Part shown: positions 28,461 through 41,964 of the stretch, one piece after another
Layout: each line of letters begins with the position of its first letter
Position numbering within the stretch: position 1 is the stretch's first letter
Assembly (NCBI RefSeq): GCF_009914755.1
Contig: NC_060933.1
DNA: 64,000 nucleotides
Direction: 5' to 3' (one strand)
Source of the DNA: the human T2T-CHM13v2.0 reference genome, Homo sapiens
The notes under the pieces: model-generated
Told to the model about the DNA's origin: nothing
Database searches by the model: none
What the model saw: the letters and a program-made list of their open reading frames with translations, nothing else
Program-made: the position numbers and the translations under genes

Positions 28461-29339
28461 GAACCCATGCATGTTTCTCATAGTTAGAGGAGTATTCAAT
28501 AGCATTATTAAAGTTTTGGACTGAGGTCAGGAATCAATTGAAAAAATTACATTTAAAATTAAGCAAAATAATTAGATGAATATTTTCTGATTTTTAAATA
28601 GGTTTCCAGAATTTCTGGCCAAGTCACTATTGCTCATGATATTGATGTTGTTGTATTATTTCCAATACAGGATGACTTTCCTAAATCCCTGTTGATAGAG
28701 TTGGAGATAGAATCAGGAAGAAATACCAGGTCTCATACTACATGGTCATTCATTCCATTAATCAATTCACAGTAATAATGCAATCGTAAGGCTCTTGGTA
28801 GAGTTCCTTAGAATCCTGCTTCATAAAGTTAGCTCTCTAAATAGCCAGTGGGCAGTCTGGTTGGACACTTCTCTCTGAAAACCTAAGGCTGTTTGCTTTT
28901 GGGCTTTACAGAAGTGGCTCAATACCAGGCTCATTAATGGGAAAAGGGTCATGTGTATGGATACATGTATTTGGACATTTATACGTAATGCGTGATCACT
29001 TTTGATCCAATGTTTGGCTTTACCTGTCTTCATCTCCCCTGCATTACCAGAAACTGACTTTGCACTTTCACTTACCACCGCCTCCCTGGGAGGCAAATTC
29101 ATTTTCCACTCTGGATTTCATAGCTGAAGTCTGAGAAGCAGGAAAAGGAGAGACTGGGATTACCATTCCCAGATTCCAAACTAGCCTGCTAGTTACAGCG
29201 GTATGATGCTGCCCCCTATACAGTGATTCGTACCAGTCAGATGAACGGTTCTTTGATCGGTTCTTCTGTCCTCCACCACTGGTCTATCCACCCCATCTTG
29301 AACTTTGTTAATACAATATTTCTGCTAGTTATTGTTCAG

Positions 29340-29460
29340 GGATTGAGAGTCAGGGAAACTGTGTTCTGGTCCTTGGGTTACTTAATGTCTTGAGACCTTA
29401 GTTTCCTCATCTGTAAAGCGGGAGGGCTGGACTAGATGTATGTTCCTCCTGCTCTGAGCT
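29340..29460 (+). mobile_element. MIR fragment
   Basis: ccttagtttcctcatctgtaaag...ggactagatg. Confidence 0.6.
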
Positions 29461-30289
29461 GTGAAGCGTCTAGGATGCCAGGAGAAAACCAGACCCAAGT
29501 CACAGGGTTCTAAACAAACCATACCTTAAATCTCTCAGTAATGGCCAGCCACATCTGCAAGAAGCAGGCTGGGAAAACAGCTGAAGAATAACAGATATTT
29601 GTTTTATTTGTCAATTATGGCTCAGTAAAGCTAAAAAAAAATAGATACTTCTGTTATCAAGAAATTATTGCACTTGATTCAAGGCTGATATTAAACCATA
29701 GCAGACTCACTCAAGGTGGGGGGTGAGAGAAACAAAGAGATTACAAAACTGAAAAGAGGTGTTCATTTGCAGAGAACTAAGGGAGTATCCTTCAAACAGA
29801 AACTGGAAGCCAGAGATCTCTGAAGATAAGGATCATGAAATGTTGTTATTCCCCAGACAGAATGTATCCCACGTTTTCCACCGGCGTTGTTTTTGGTAAA
29901 GAAGGGTAAGTGGAAGGAAGTGATGAGGCTGAAAAATACCATTTGCTTCAATTCAGCCGCGAAGGATCCGCTACCTTTTGGTTCCTATTAAGTGAATTTA
30001 GCTTTAGCTTTCATGATAGCATTTTCCCAAAGGAGTCCTTTAGATCTGACCCCTACCCTCTTCGCAGCTAGACTGACATCAGGTGACGTTGCAAGTGCCC
30101 CCAGCCCACTAAGCGCTATCAGTAGGAATTGGCCCTCAGCCCCGTCACAGCGCTTTCCCATGACATCCCCCAGCTTCTCTCTCCTAGGACCTCCTCGCCA
30201 GCCTACCCCTACCTGTTGGGTAGGTCTTACTTGCTGGGAACACCTGCTGTCCTTAGAATGGGAGCAACCAACGCCTTGGAATCCTGGCC

Positions 30290-31700
30290 TGTCCCTTCCT
30301 CGTGAAGGGGGCGCCTGCGCTCAAGTGCCGGCTTCGCCGCCTCAGGCAGAGTCTAGCAGGCGGGCGACCAGGCGTAGCTGAGTTCTGTGGCCTGGGGAAA
30401 GGGGACGCCCTATCCCCACAGCCCTGTTTCGCAGGGCTTCAAGACGCTGAGAACGGCCGGGAACCCCTGGAGTCTTGGAGGCACCCGCCAATTCCAGGGG
30501 CCCACCCCAACCCCGCTCTCAGTCTGGGCCAGCGGCGGCGGGACAGGCGCCCGGTCCCCACACACCGGCTGAGACGCCCAGCCCACTGCGGCTGAAGCTC
30601 CGGCCGCTGTTGCGGCAGGTGCTGCAAACCGGTCTGCCTTCGCTGCAGGGCTTGCGGGGATGGGGCAAGTGGGTGGAGAGAAAAGGGGAAGAGCCTGGGC
30701 GGCCGGCAGGCGGGGCCTGCAGCCTCCCCAGCCGCGGCAGCCGCCGCGCAGCCGGCTCTCTCTGCGCCTCGCTCCGACTCCGGCGCGCACCAAGCGGGAA
30801 CCCGCGCCCGAGCCCGGCGGGCGCCGCTGCTGCTCCTCTCGGTCCCCGGTTCCCGGTCCCCGAACGCGCCGCGGCGAGGCTGCGCCCGGCAGTGGAGCCG
30901 CTCGGAGCTGCTGGGCTTTGGCGGCCGCTCGCTGCTCCGTCTGGCCGGAGGACCGGCGGGGAAGGAAGGGGAAAGCGGGGACACACACACTCGCCGCGGC
31001 GCGCGCGCACTGCACACTCGTAGCCGCGCGCCCCCGCCAAGGCGCGTCCGGAGCGAGTTTGGCCCCGCGGCTCCAGCCCCGGCACCTGCCCGCCCTCAGC
31101 GTTGCCCCCGGCCCCGGCCCCGCCCGCCGCCCCCTCCGCCCTCCCGCCCCTCCCGCCCCTCCCGCCCCTCGCCTGCACTGCTCTCCCTTCGCTGTGGGGA
31201 AGCGACAACGTCCCGATAACTTGCAGACTGTGGCGCAACTGGTCTTGGTAGCGGAGGCACCCGAATGCTGCCCGGGTGAGGTAAGTTTCCTGTGCGTCCC
31301 CGGCCCCTTCCCACTAGACCCTTCTGAGGGGCTTGCGCTTAGGGGCTCTGCATCTCTGCTGAAACCCGTCGGTCTCTCTACCCTTCCACTTTGCCTGTCT
31401 GCGTTGTGCTGGGGGTGACGTGGAGAGGGCGCCCGTGGCCACCGAAGCGGACCTTCGTTCCGCGGGGGCCACAGCTGCGCGCTCCCAACGGACACCCACC
31501 CGCTCGTCACCCGGATCCCCGGGGCCGCAGTGACACTCGGAGATCACTCTGGGTTCACTTAAATAGGAGTACTCTCCCCTTTTCCGGGGAACCTGCAGAG
31601 TTTGGCAGCGGAAGGAAAGGTCTCCCACCACCCTCCCCCGGTACGAAACAGCGGTGAACTTGTTAGGCGCCCTGGTATCTCAAGAGGGGCTTGCGAGTTG
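30290..31700 (+). promoter_or_regulatory. PIP5K1B: CpG-island promoter (no obvious TATA box; GC boxes), probably of PIP5K1B
   Basis: Abrupt rise in GC and CpG content versus CpG-depleted flanks; multiple CCGCCC/CCCGCCCC boxes (31110-31168); GCGCGCGCGC NRF1-like run (30999-31008); followed by a strong 5' splice site. The gene name comes from recall of the mRNA 5'UTR and is less certain than the island itself. Confidence 0.85.
30760..31280 (+). other. PIP5K1B: Non-coding first exon (5'UTR), probably PIP5K1B exon 1; 5' end (TSS) uncertain
   Basis: Ends at consensus donor GAG|GTAAGT (31280/31281). The sequence GCTGTGGGGAAGCGACAACGTCCCGATAACTTGCAGACTG...GAATGCTGCCCGGGTGAG is what I recall as the PIP5K1B 5'UTR; not database-verified. 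Confidence 0.65.
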
Positions 31701-32429
31701 GTGTTCTGCTCATTTCTGGCGCTGGTGCCGGATTGAACAGGTGCGGTATGGTTCCAGTCTAAATGCAGCAACAGACTTCTGCGTTTCCCAGGCTTTCTCC
31801 CCCAGCCTGGTCAACGTGACGCTTCAACATCTGGGGCAGGGGCTGGGAGTGTAGGGGCACTGGGGAGGGAGAATGCCCGGGTTTGATTTACTATGCCGGT
31901 GCCAGGAGTCGCCAGAACAGAAGAAAACAAATGTCTGCTTATCTGGCATCTATGCAGATGAGCGTGTTGTCATTTCTTATCCCCCCCAACCCCCAGCTCT
32001 CTTGTCTGGTGCCCAGCGTGGCTGAGTAGAAACCTATTCCGGAGAAGTTATTTGGGTAGATTGATTAATTCTTTCATCGAATCTACTGAAATCAGGGCTC
32101 CGAACAAGGCAATCCTAGTTACTCTGATGCTTTTTTAAAGGGAGCGTGTTACAGATCAGAAATAACACCCACTATCATCACTACCTCTCTGTGACATTCT
32201 CAGATGCAGGAGGCCCTAGCTTTAAGGGGAATGATCCTTAAGGGACCGGTAGGACCTCAGAATGTGTTAATCTCGTGCAAGGAAGAAGCGGTCTCTGTGT
32301 CAGTACTTCTGAGTCTCGGTTTGGGGAACCCCTTTTGTCCCTCTAATGAAGCACATTCAGCCAGAGACTTCTCCCCTGTTCTGCGAAGAGACTGAAGCGT
32401 TCTGCAGCTGTTGGAGTGGAGAAAGGCGA

Positions 32430-32503
32430 AAGGATTGGTTTCATTAGGACTCTAATGTGATGAAGTAAGGATGGGTTTCATTAGGACTCTAATGTGATGA
32501 AGT
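32430..32503. repeat. 37-bp tandem duplication (1 mismatch)
   Basis: aaggat(t/g)ggtttcattaggactctaatgtgatgaagt x2. Confidence 0.97.
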
Positions 32504-33104
32504 AGGGTAGTGTTCATGGAAGCTTTGCTAGAGCATTCCCAGCTGAAAGGAGACGCTGGGAAAAAACCTTAATCGGCCAAGTGTAAACCAGTGGGAGGTT
32601 GAGTGAGTTTCATGTGTGATCTCTGAGCGGAGGGAAACGGTGGTTCTGATATGGTCCTGTGGGCAGAGACTTATGAGGACTGATGAGAAAGCTGGTGAGT
32701 TTGAGACTGATGTATGATGACATCTTACCTGAGAAGGAAAACTGTGAAGCACTAAATGATAGAACCACATTACATTTTTGTCCACGTTAAGACTAGAGAG
32801 ATTTAATAATAACACCTTACATTTGCATCAGTGTCTTGCAATTTGTAAATTCTTTTGAGTGTTCTCACCTAATTCCAAACATTTCTGAGGGAGGCAGGGC
32901 AAAGACTTTTTACCATGTAAACACAGAAGGAACATGAGGCTCACAGATTCAGAGATTTATCAAGGTAACAAGTGCTGGTATTAGAATCACAGTTAGGTTT
33001 TCTGTCATAACCAGGTGCCTGCTCTGTACTTATATAAGGTGGTTTTTTAAATGGCAGAGTTCTTCTGCATTTATTGTGGTCTGCATAGTCTCACTGTAAA
33101 TTAC

Positions 33105-33430
33105 TGTTTACATTTTACAGATGAGGAAACTGAGGTTTAGACAAGCAGTGGGAGTTTTCCATGGATTTACATCTCATTTAGTGGCATTTGCAAGACTAGA
33201 ACTTGGATCTTCTGATGTCCAGTCCATTGCTTTGTGTATTCTGCCATCATTTCAGTTCTGATAGCAATGAGGACACATCATGGAAACTGCAATACACAAA
33301 GGACTGTTAAGCATGCCCCCAGTGACCTGGGTTCTAGTTCTGGGACTACATTTGGCCGTATGACCTGGGCCATCATATCACTTCCAAGTCTCAAGTGTCT
33401 CACATATAAAACAAAACGTTTGTATGAAAT
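33105..33430. mobile_element. MIR fragments (opposite orientations)
   Basis: cattttacagatgaggaaactgagg (antisense core); gacctgggttctagttctgg...tgacctgggc (sense). Confidence 0.65.
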
Positions 33431-34749
33431 TATGTTTTTTCTTTCCAACTTTAGCATTTTGTGATGTTTACCAATGTGTTTGTAATCCAATGTTATCATT
33501 TTCTCTAGAGGAAGGAGACCTTTGTACCCCACATCACCTAAGAGACCTAGCTAATTACTCTTTCACCTTTAGTTTATCCCTTCCCCCCTTTACTACATGC
33601 CACTTCATCAAAGGAATGAAACTTAACAAGTGCGTTTTAGCTTAACATCTACAGTATATTGTTTAGTTTACTGTTTGACTTGAAAATATTCTGAGGGGTT
33701 AAAGTACTGTAAGGTACATGTCAGGGCTTACTTGAATATTCTAATTGTAAGCTCATAACTTTTTTTTTTTAGCTTTATGGTTTGCATAAAGTAAGTGCTC
33801 AGTAAATAGCTGTTGAATTAATGAAGGGGGTGAATGAAGTCATTCATAAGGAAAACATATGCTGTAAAACATAGAAAGCATCTTACCATGTAAATTCCCA
33901 ACACATAAGATAATTTGCCTACAGGCATGTGCCTCCTGAAGCTGGCGGGTACAGAGCCCATTGTTGCTCTCTTTTCTGAAGGCATCATATAGGGAAGAGC
34001 TTTTCTTTCTCCCTAGACAGTAGACTCATGTCATCTATGTTATGCTCTTTTGTTTGCCGCCCCCCCGCCCCTTTAGTTGTTAGTATTACAGCTGCTGAAA
34101 GATACATTCCTAGAAATTGACTTGTCCCATTTTATGAAAGGGTATGTCTTGACATGGGGAAACCAACCATTCTGTTTTTAAAACAGGGTATTGAATAAAT
34201 TTCAGGAGATGCTAATACTGTCTCGTGGTTTCAGAGGGGGAACCTAGTTAACAAAACCAACCTAGTTTCTGTTCCTTTTAACAATCTTCTCTTTCTACTC
34301 CTCCTCTTTATATACAGACAAGTAGTGTTTTTATGTTTGGAAGAATGATAAGAAAGAATATAGTGATCTTAAATATTATTAATGGATCTGCAATTTACAT
34401 TGGGGATTGATGTATGTTTCCTTCTGATAAAGAATTTAAATATTAATTAGTTTAGAAGTACCGTTTATGGGTAAGAAAACTAAAACTTAGGTGAATTGAC
34501 TTACTTATGGTCACAAAGATGATAGCAGGAGGACCAAGATCAATGTGGAATTCTTAAGAAGGTTCATATTTGAGTTTGTCCCAGGAGTTCTATGGTGAAG
34601 GTACAGTTTTGACTTTTAGAAATCATAGAGATTAACAGAAAACTTCTGTTTACTATCATTATTAGAGAGTTAGTACATTTGAAAATGGTTTAGCATTTAT
34701 ATGTTTAAGTTTTCTTGCCCAAGCAGATGCCATTAAAAATAACATGTTT

Positions 34750-35050
34750 TTTTCTCTTTACTTTTTTTTTGTTTTTTGAGTCAAGGTCTCATTCTGTTTC
34801 CCAGGCTGGAGTGCAGTGGCCCAACTCCAGCCTCAACCTCCCCAGGCTCAGGTAATCCTCCCACCTCAACTTCCTGAGTAGCTGCAACAACAGGCACGCA
34901 CTACCATGCCTGGCTAATTTTTGTATTTTTGGCAGAGACAGGGTTGCACCATGTTGCCTAGGCTGGTCTGTAACTCGTGGATTCAAGCAATCCACAGGCA
35001 TCGGCTTCCCACAGTGCTGGGATTACAGGTGTGAGACCCTGTGCTCGGCC
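34750..35050 (-). mobile_element. AluJ-like
   Basis: Antisense Alu. Confidence 0.9.
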
Positions 35051-35173
35051 AAAATGTTTGTTTTTATCTATTCACTATGATTCTTCTGGCTTATGTGCAT
35101 CACCAGACTCAGAAATAATACTTTGCTCCAATCAGTGCTGGGAGAGAGGAAACTGTTCAAATAGAAACCAAAG

Positions 35174-35468
<295 letters not shown>

Positions 35469-37518
35469 TCAACTTCTCTTCCTGATATATAAAGCCAGAA
35501 GCCAAAGGTAGCCTTGTCATGCAGCTGGTAAAGTCATAAATATGTATACATTCAATTTGCATTTGCATTTTGCTTGTACTTCTGTTAGATGGTGAGTCAG
35601 AACATTTAATATCCTGGAAATTTTTTTTTCCCCCTATGGCCAGAGCCTTCAGTAGATTCTGTAAAACATCAAGTCCTAAATGTATTTGTTGCTGAAACAT
35701 GTTCTCTTTGTATCAAGTGCATTAATGGGAGTTGGAAGGAATCCTTCATTTTTTTTTAGAAGCTGGCCAGTTAGAACTGTACATTATGTAGCTCTACTGT
35801 TCATTTGTGGTCTTATCAATAGAGCAGGATGTGTTACTTTTTGCTGAGTGCCAGAGAACTGGGGTGGGAGGAAACCTAGGCTTCTGTTTTATTTTTTTTC
35901 TTTTTAAAAATCAACTTTAAACTTAATTTATGATGAAATTTTTGGGGTACTGTGTCGTAAACAATCAGCTGCTATTGACAGAGAATTGTATTCAGTCAGG
36001 TTCCTTTTCATATATAAGATTAGGTCAGGGAAAACAGGCTTGCTTTTGTACATTCTATTCTCAATTGTATTTACTTCTGTATCGCTTCATCAGAGGTATA
36101 TAAAGGAGATAATCACACAGGAAAACACAGGAATCCTGCCCAAACTAGATTACTCTTGGAAAGATTTGAAACAGAGTGATTGGGACAAGGTTGCATGTTC
36201 AGTAAGCTGACAGTGCCTTGGTATTATCATTTTAAGTTAAAACAAACTAGCACTGGAATAAACAACATGAAGTGTGTGTTCTTGTAGGAAGTCTTCTGTA
36301 TTGTTTATGGGACTCAATAAACAATGAATATGTAACATGTTTGGGTAATTTACATGATGGATGCACAGTAAGTTCTTGAGACTCATTTTCTCTAATGTTT
36401 TTAGAAAATCAATTGTGAAATTGCAATGAAATATAAAGCATTGAGGGTTTGGTATTGCTCCTGGTTTTAAAATGGGTGTGTATGTCTTTCAGTGGAAGTT
36501 CAGGCAAGGATTGGAATTGTAAGTACTAGGGGTCCAGAGATTATAATTATCTTGAATTGGAACTAAAGTTCAGACAGGACTGCAGAAAGTTCATTCAGTT
36601 TGTAAGAGAAAAGGTGATATTTAAGCCTTCACCATTCAGTCATGCTGAGCAAGGGGTTTGTGGGGGAGGATAAAATTAGAGCGAGCCATAAAAATGTGCT
36701 TTCCTTGCTTCGTAGACAGACTTAAGACATGCAGTGGATTCGACATGTTTCATAGTGGGCTTTTAATTTAATATACACTTTTTTTCTTTCTTTTTTAAAC
36801 CATGCCCATCATTGTGCTCTCTGGATCACTTGATCATATGTTTGGTAATAAAGTAAGGAAACAAAACAGCAACAACAATTAAAAAGCAATGCAACGACCT
36901 CCTTGAGGGAGTAGTAAGCACATCATAGGTGTTCAGCAAATATTTGACAATGGAAAAGGTTAAGCATCATGTTTTATTTATATTTGTATTCTTGGAACTT
37001 GGCACTGTGTCTGGCAGGTGGTGAGGATTTAATGAGTGTTTACTGAACAATTTATATATCCAAATGAATATCACTCTTCAAAATCTTGGGATGTTCCATA
37101 ATTATTCTAATGATTCTATTATTTTTCGAACCATTTTAGAAATATTAGGCAGTCTGATAGATACTAATGTTGATAGTTTATAGTAGTCCTTTTTTTAAAT
37201 CATAAATTATATTTATTCACTAGACTACAACTTTTTTAACCAAAATGCCTAGGAATAATTTTGCATTATTTATCTTCTTTAGGAGAAAAATAAATACTAA
37301 ATATATTCTGTTTTTATTTGAAAGTATTCAGTAAGCGTAGTTCTCAAATGCCCAGAGTGGCTTAATAGTGAGTTTGGTTCAGGGTACAGAGACAAGAATG
37401 GACTTTAAGCTTCTCTAAGTTAATCAGCTTAAATATCACCTCCTCCTGGCGACTTTTCTGTTCTTCCAACCTAAAGGAGACCTTCTCCATATGTTTTGTT
37501 CACTTGTCACAGGGATAC

Positions 37519-37934
37519 TGATACAGTTTTGACGTTTGTCCCTTCCAAATCTCAGGTTGAAATGTGATTCCCCATGCTAGAGGTGGGGCCTGATGGGAAG
37601 AATTTGAGTCATATGGATGGATCCCTCATGAATGGCTTAGTACACTCCCCATGGTAATGAGTGAGCTCTTGCTCTATGAGTTTACATGAGATCTGGTTGT
37701 TTCAAAGCGTGTGGCATCTCCTACCCCTCCCTTGCTCCCTCTTTTACATGGACTCCCCCTTCACCTTCCGCCATGACTGTAAGCTTCCTGGGGCCCTCTC
37801 TCACCAGAAGCAGATGCTGGCACTGTGCCTTATGTACGGCTTGCAGAACTGTGAGCCAAAATAAAACCTCTTTTCTTTATGAATTATGCAGCCTTAGGTA
37901 TTCCTTTATGGCAATGCAAAAACAGATTAACACG
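37519..37934 (+). mobile_element. MST (MSTA/MSTB-like) MaLR solo LTR inserted in an L2
   Basis: tgatacagttttga...ccaaatctca...cagaactgtgagccaaataaa...attaacacg; 5-bp TSD GATAC (37514-37518, 37935-37939). Confidence 0.9.
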
Positions 37935-38621
37935 GATACTTATTCATTTATGTATTTCACTTGTTTCCCTGTGTCCAAACTCACATTCAACCCAAGATTA
38001 TAAACTCTTTGAGGGCAGAGGCCATGGTTCATAACACTGTTTTTCTAGTGTTTGGCACATGGTAGGTCCTCAGTAAATATTTAAATGAATACATGAATAA
38101 GCCCCATCCATCCTGTCAAGATGAAGTGGGCCATCATTTAGGTTACTCAAGCTGAATCAGACTGAGAGGACAGTGCTTACGTGTTAGCTATGGCAGCTCC
38201 TTTACAATGATGACCGAACCCTTTAGGATGAGAAAACCACTTGTTTAGATGATAAATTCTGGCATGATTATTAAGAAAACACTGTCTCTATTTAAAGACT
38301 GATTTCTTCCATTTACTTAGAAATGAATAGTAGTGAACAAAGAAGAGGAAATTATCAAGCACAAAACAAAACGTTGCTACACTGTTAAAATGGGCTCTAA
38401 ATGTACCTAAATCATAAACATATTCATTCCTAATTAAGACACTTTGGTGTTCATATACAAGGCAATTCCTATGATGCCTCACATAAAGGTGGTATTTGAG
38501 CTGGTATTTATTTGAACATCAGCTACATCAACAGTCCCAATACCATGGAAGAAGCCAGGGCAGTGACTCTGAAAGTGCAGTCCTTAGACCAACAGAGTCA
38601 TCACTACCTGAGAATTTGTTA

Positions 38622-39111
<490 letters not shown>

Positions 39112-39619
39112 TCAGAAATATGAGGGGAGAAATGAAAAATTCTCCCTCTGCCAGTCTTGGCTTTTCTCAGAACTGTGCGGATCACAGGAGAGCAAAGTAT
39201 TGTGAATAGATTGGGTATCTAGGACTTTAGATACAATATAAAAAAGCTTTTGGTAGTCACAGAGCCTGCCAAGTGATGGGTATTATGGGGTATACAGAAA
39301 GTGTTAATATAAACATGGTCCTGGCTGTCAAGGAGGCTGACTGTGCTGAGAGCTTACTCTGTTCCAGGCACTCCTCAAGTGCTGTTTCTTTTCATCACCA
39401 TGTGCTTCCAAGCTGCAGCATTTCTTCACTGAAGAGAAGGAAAGGGAAACCTAGTCAGGTTAGTAGTAACTTGTACCAGAGCACAGAACCAGTAAGGGAT
39501 GGCACAAAGGTTCTAGCCCTGGCTTTTCTGACTATGAAGCCCATACTCTTTTTCTCTGTTTCATGGTGTAGCACCTCAAAGTACAGTTTTGAAATAAGAG
39601 TTTTAAAAAGGAGAACATA

Positions 39620-41226
39620 AGCGAATCTAAAATTTATATCTCCAAACTAAGTCTTTCTCTGAACTCTAGTTTGCATAATTGACATTGCGCTTGGATATCC
39701 CAAAGGCACCTCAAATTCTACATGTTCAAAACCAGAATCATGATCTGTTTTCTCCACATCTGATACTCCTGCAAGGTTCCCAGCTCTGTGGTGGGCACCG
39801 CTAGTCACCAAGTAGCACGATCAGAAACTTGGGAGCCATCCTTGGCTCCACCCTCTGCACACACCACATCTAATCCATCACCAATGTCTATTGATTTTGC
39901 TTCCTGAATATCTTTCCCATTCCATCTGCTTCTCATCATTTGTGCGGATTCTATCCTAGCCCAACTTCTTGTCTCTCTGCAGGACTGAGCCAGAACCTCT
40001 CTGGTATCCTGAGTCCACTCTGGGTCTCCTAGAATCCATTACCCATATTGTAACCAGGGCACTTGTGATGGTTGGAGGGCACCTGAGGCTCTGCTGGCCA
40101 GATCTCTGCTTCCTGTACCCTGCCAAACCCTCACGGAAGCACACAAATTCTGACCCCAGGGCTCTCCACCTCAGTGGCCTTTTGAGCTCTTGGACAGCCT
40201 CTGAGGACTTGTTTTTCCAAGTAGCTTTCTACCCTGATGTTTTTGCTCTCCTGGAGTCCAGTCAGAGGCAGGTTCATAACTACAGTCAACTACTTTTAAA
40301 GGAACAGGATGGAAACTCCAGTGTAGCTCTAGGGACTTGCCCAACCCTACCGCAAATACCAAGTTCTTAAGAGTTCTCCGGCAGTTCCCAAGGTGCACTC
40401 CACTCACTCCAACAAAGAACCAAAGACTGCTCTACTTCCACAGTTGCTTATACTCTGCCCCTGAGTTCCCCCAGGACCCTGCAATATCACATTTGTGGCC
40501 ACCATAGCAGAGAAATTCACCACCTGTGGTCTAGGAATAAAATCTAAGCCTCTCCCAAAAGGCACCTGTCTCTGACTGTTGACTGTGGCTTATCCTGGCA
40601 GCTTTGAGGAAAAGGCCTGGGTTGCTTTGCATAACTGGCAGGATAGATAAAGAAACATGACTCAAAATCATTCTCTCTGTATTTCCTCATAACAGGAACC
40701 AGTTGACATGGGTGCAGGAAAAACTTCCTGACCAAGGAGTGGGGCCTGGGGCTGGGGGTGCTGGACAGAGAGAAGCACAGGGATCTGCCCCAGACTCTTC
40801 AATGGCCTCCCTTTGTGCCTGGAGTGAAGATGTGGGTCATTGACATGGTTCCAGAGCCCTGCACGGTCCTGGTCCTGCTGCCACTCCAGTCTCAGATCCA
40901 CCACTCTGCCCCTTGCTGTTTCTGAGCCACACTTGCAACTGCCAGCTTCACACCCTCTGTGCAGCACTCTCGTTGCCCCCTTTGGAATGTTCTCAGCATC
41001 GGTCGACCACGCTTCAGGTCAATTCTAAGGTTACTTTTGAAAGGAGGCCTTGGCCACCCATCCCCAGTCTAGGACAGGACCAGTGGTTCCCTCTCCAGGA
41101 GGGCTTCAACAGTATGATTATTTGACTAGTTTCCTCGCCCCCACCAGCTGCTAATCATCAGGGCCCATTGCATCCCCATAGTGTCGGCACATGTAGAATT
41201 GTCTTGAGTGAATAAGTAAATGAATA
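39620..41226 (+). mobile_element. L2 remnant split by a ~700-bp unassigned block (~40070-40790)
   Basis: L2 motifs at 39620-40065 (cacctcaaattctacatgttcaaaacc) and 40790-41226 (cttcaatggcctccc...ggcacatgtag...gaataagtaaatgaat). Confidence 0.6.
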
Positions 41227-41964
41227 CCAATACTTCTACCTTAAAAAAATCCTTTTCGTAAATTCCCACTAAAGAAAGGAAATGCACAGAGATCATGAAT
41301 GAACCACTTCATATTGCCGATCCTGTCCATGAACTTGATCTTCAACTTTCATTACCACTGCCTAATTTCACCTGTCATGAGCCGCATTTCTATAATGGTA
41401 GCTGCAGGTATTATCCCCAAGGAAGGTTGCCCCAAAGGCATGATATAAAATATTTCTGGAAGAATACCTGAGATACTAGTGTCTTTGTTTGCCTCTGGGG
41501 AGGTGAATTGGCTAGCTGAGGGGCATGGATGGGAGGGGAATTTTCATCCCATATTTATTTGTACCTCTGAATTTGGACCCATATGTGTGGATTACTTATT
41601 TTAAAAATTAGAATTGTAAAAGTAAAAGGAAGGAAAGCAGAGCAAGAGATGTGAAGGAATGGGAATGATTATTTAGAGGAAAGAATATGGACATGCAGTT
41701 GAAAGGGGGTTGTCCTGAAAAGAATTCCTGTCTTCAAGGATACAGCCAGTTACATCTGACTTGCTCTGCACATCTATGGAGAACTATATGGCTTCAACTT
41801 AAAAGGGATGCCATAACATATAACTTGACTTAAATAGGTTTGTCTGATCTCTCCCATCACAGAATATAACATTTATTCTAAATATAAAAGCTAATAGAAC
41901 CTAATTATTTAAGAGGGAAGCAGTTGTTAAGGAAGAAGTTAGTTGGAGGCTAAAGCATTCTCCT

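Noticed and set aside
30410-31510. Long overlapping ORFs (366, 252, 239, 192, 182 aa) on both strands
   Set aside because: They are stop-poor frames of a CpG island, rich in Ala/Gly/Pro/Arg, mostly with non-ATG starts and no recognisable domain.
32190-32395. Possible acceptor (ttctcag|ATG) and 63-aa ORF as a second exon
   Set aside because: Weak polypyrimidine tract, no clear matching donor and no recognisable peptide.
32430-32550. GTGATGA box-C motifs suggesting an intronic C/D snoRNA
   Set aside because: No convincing box D with a terminal stem; the motif is doubled simply because of the tandem duplication.
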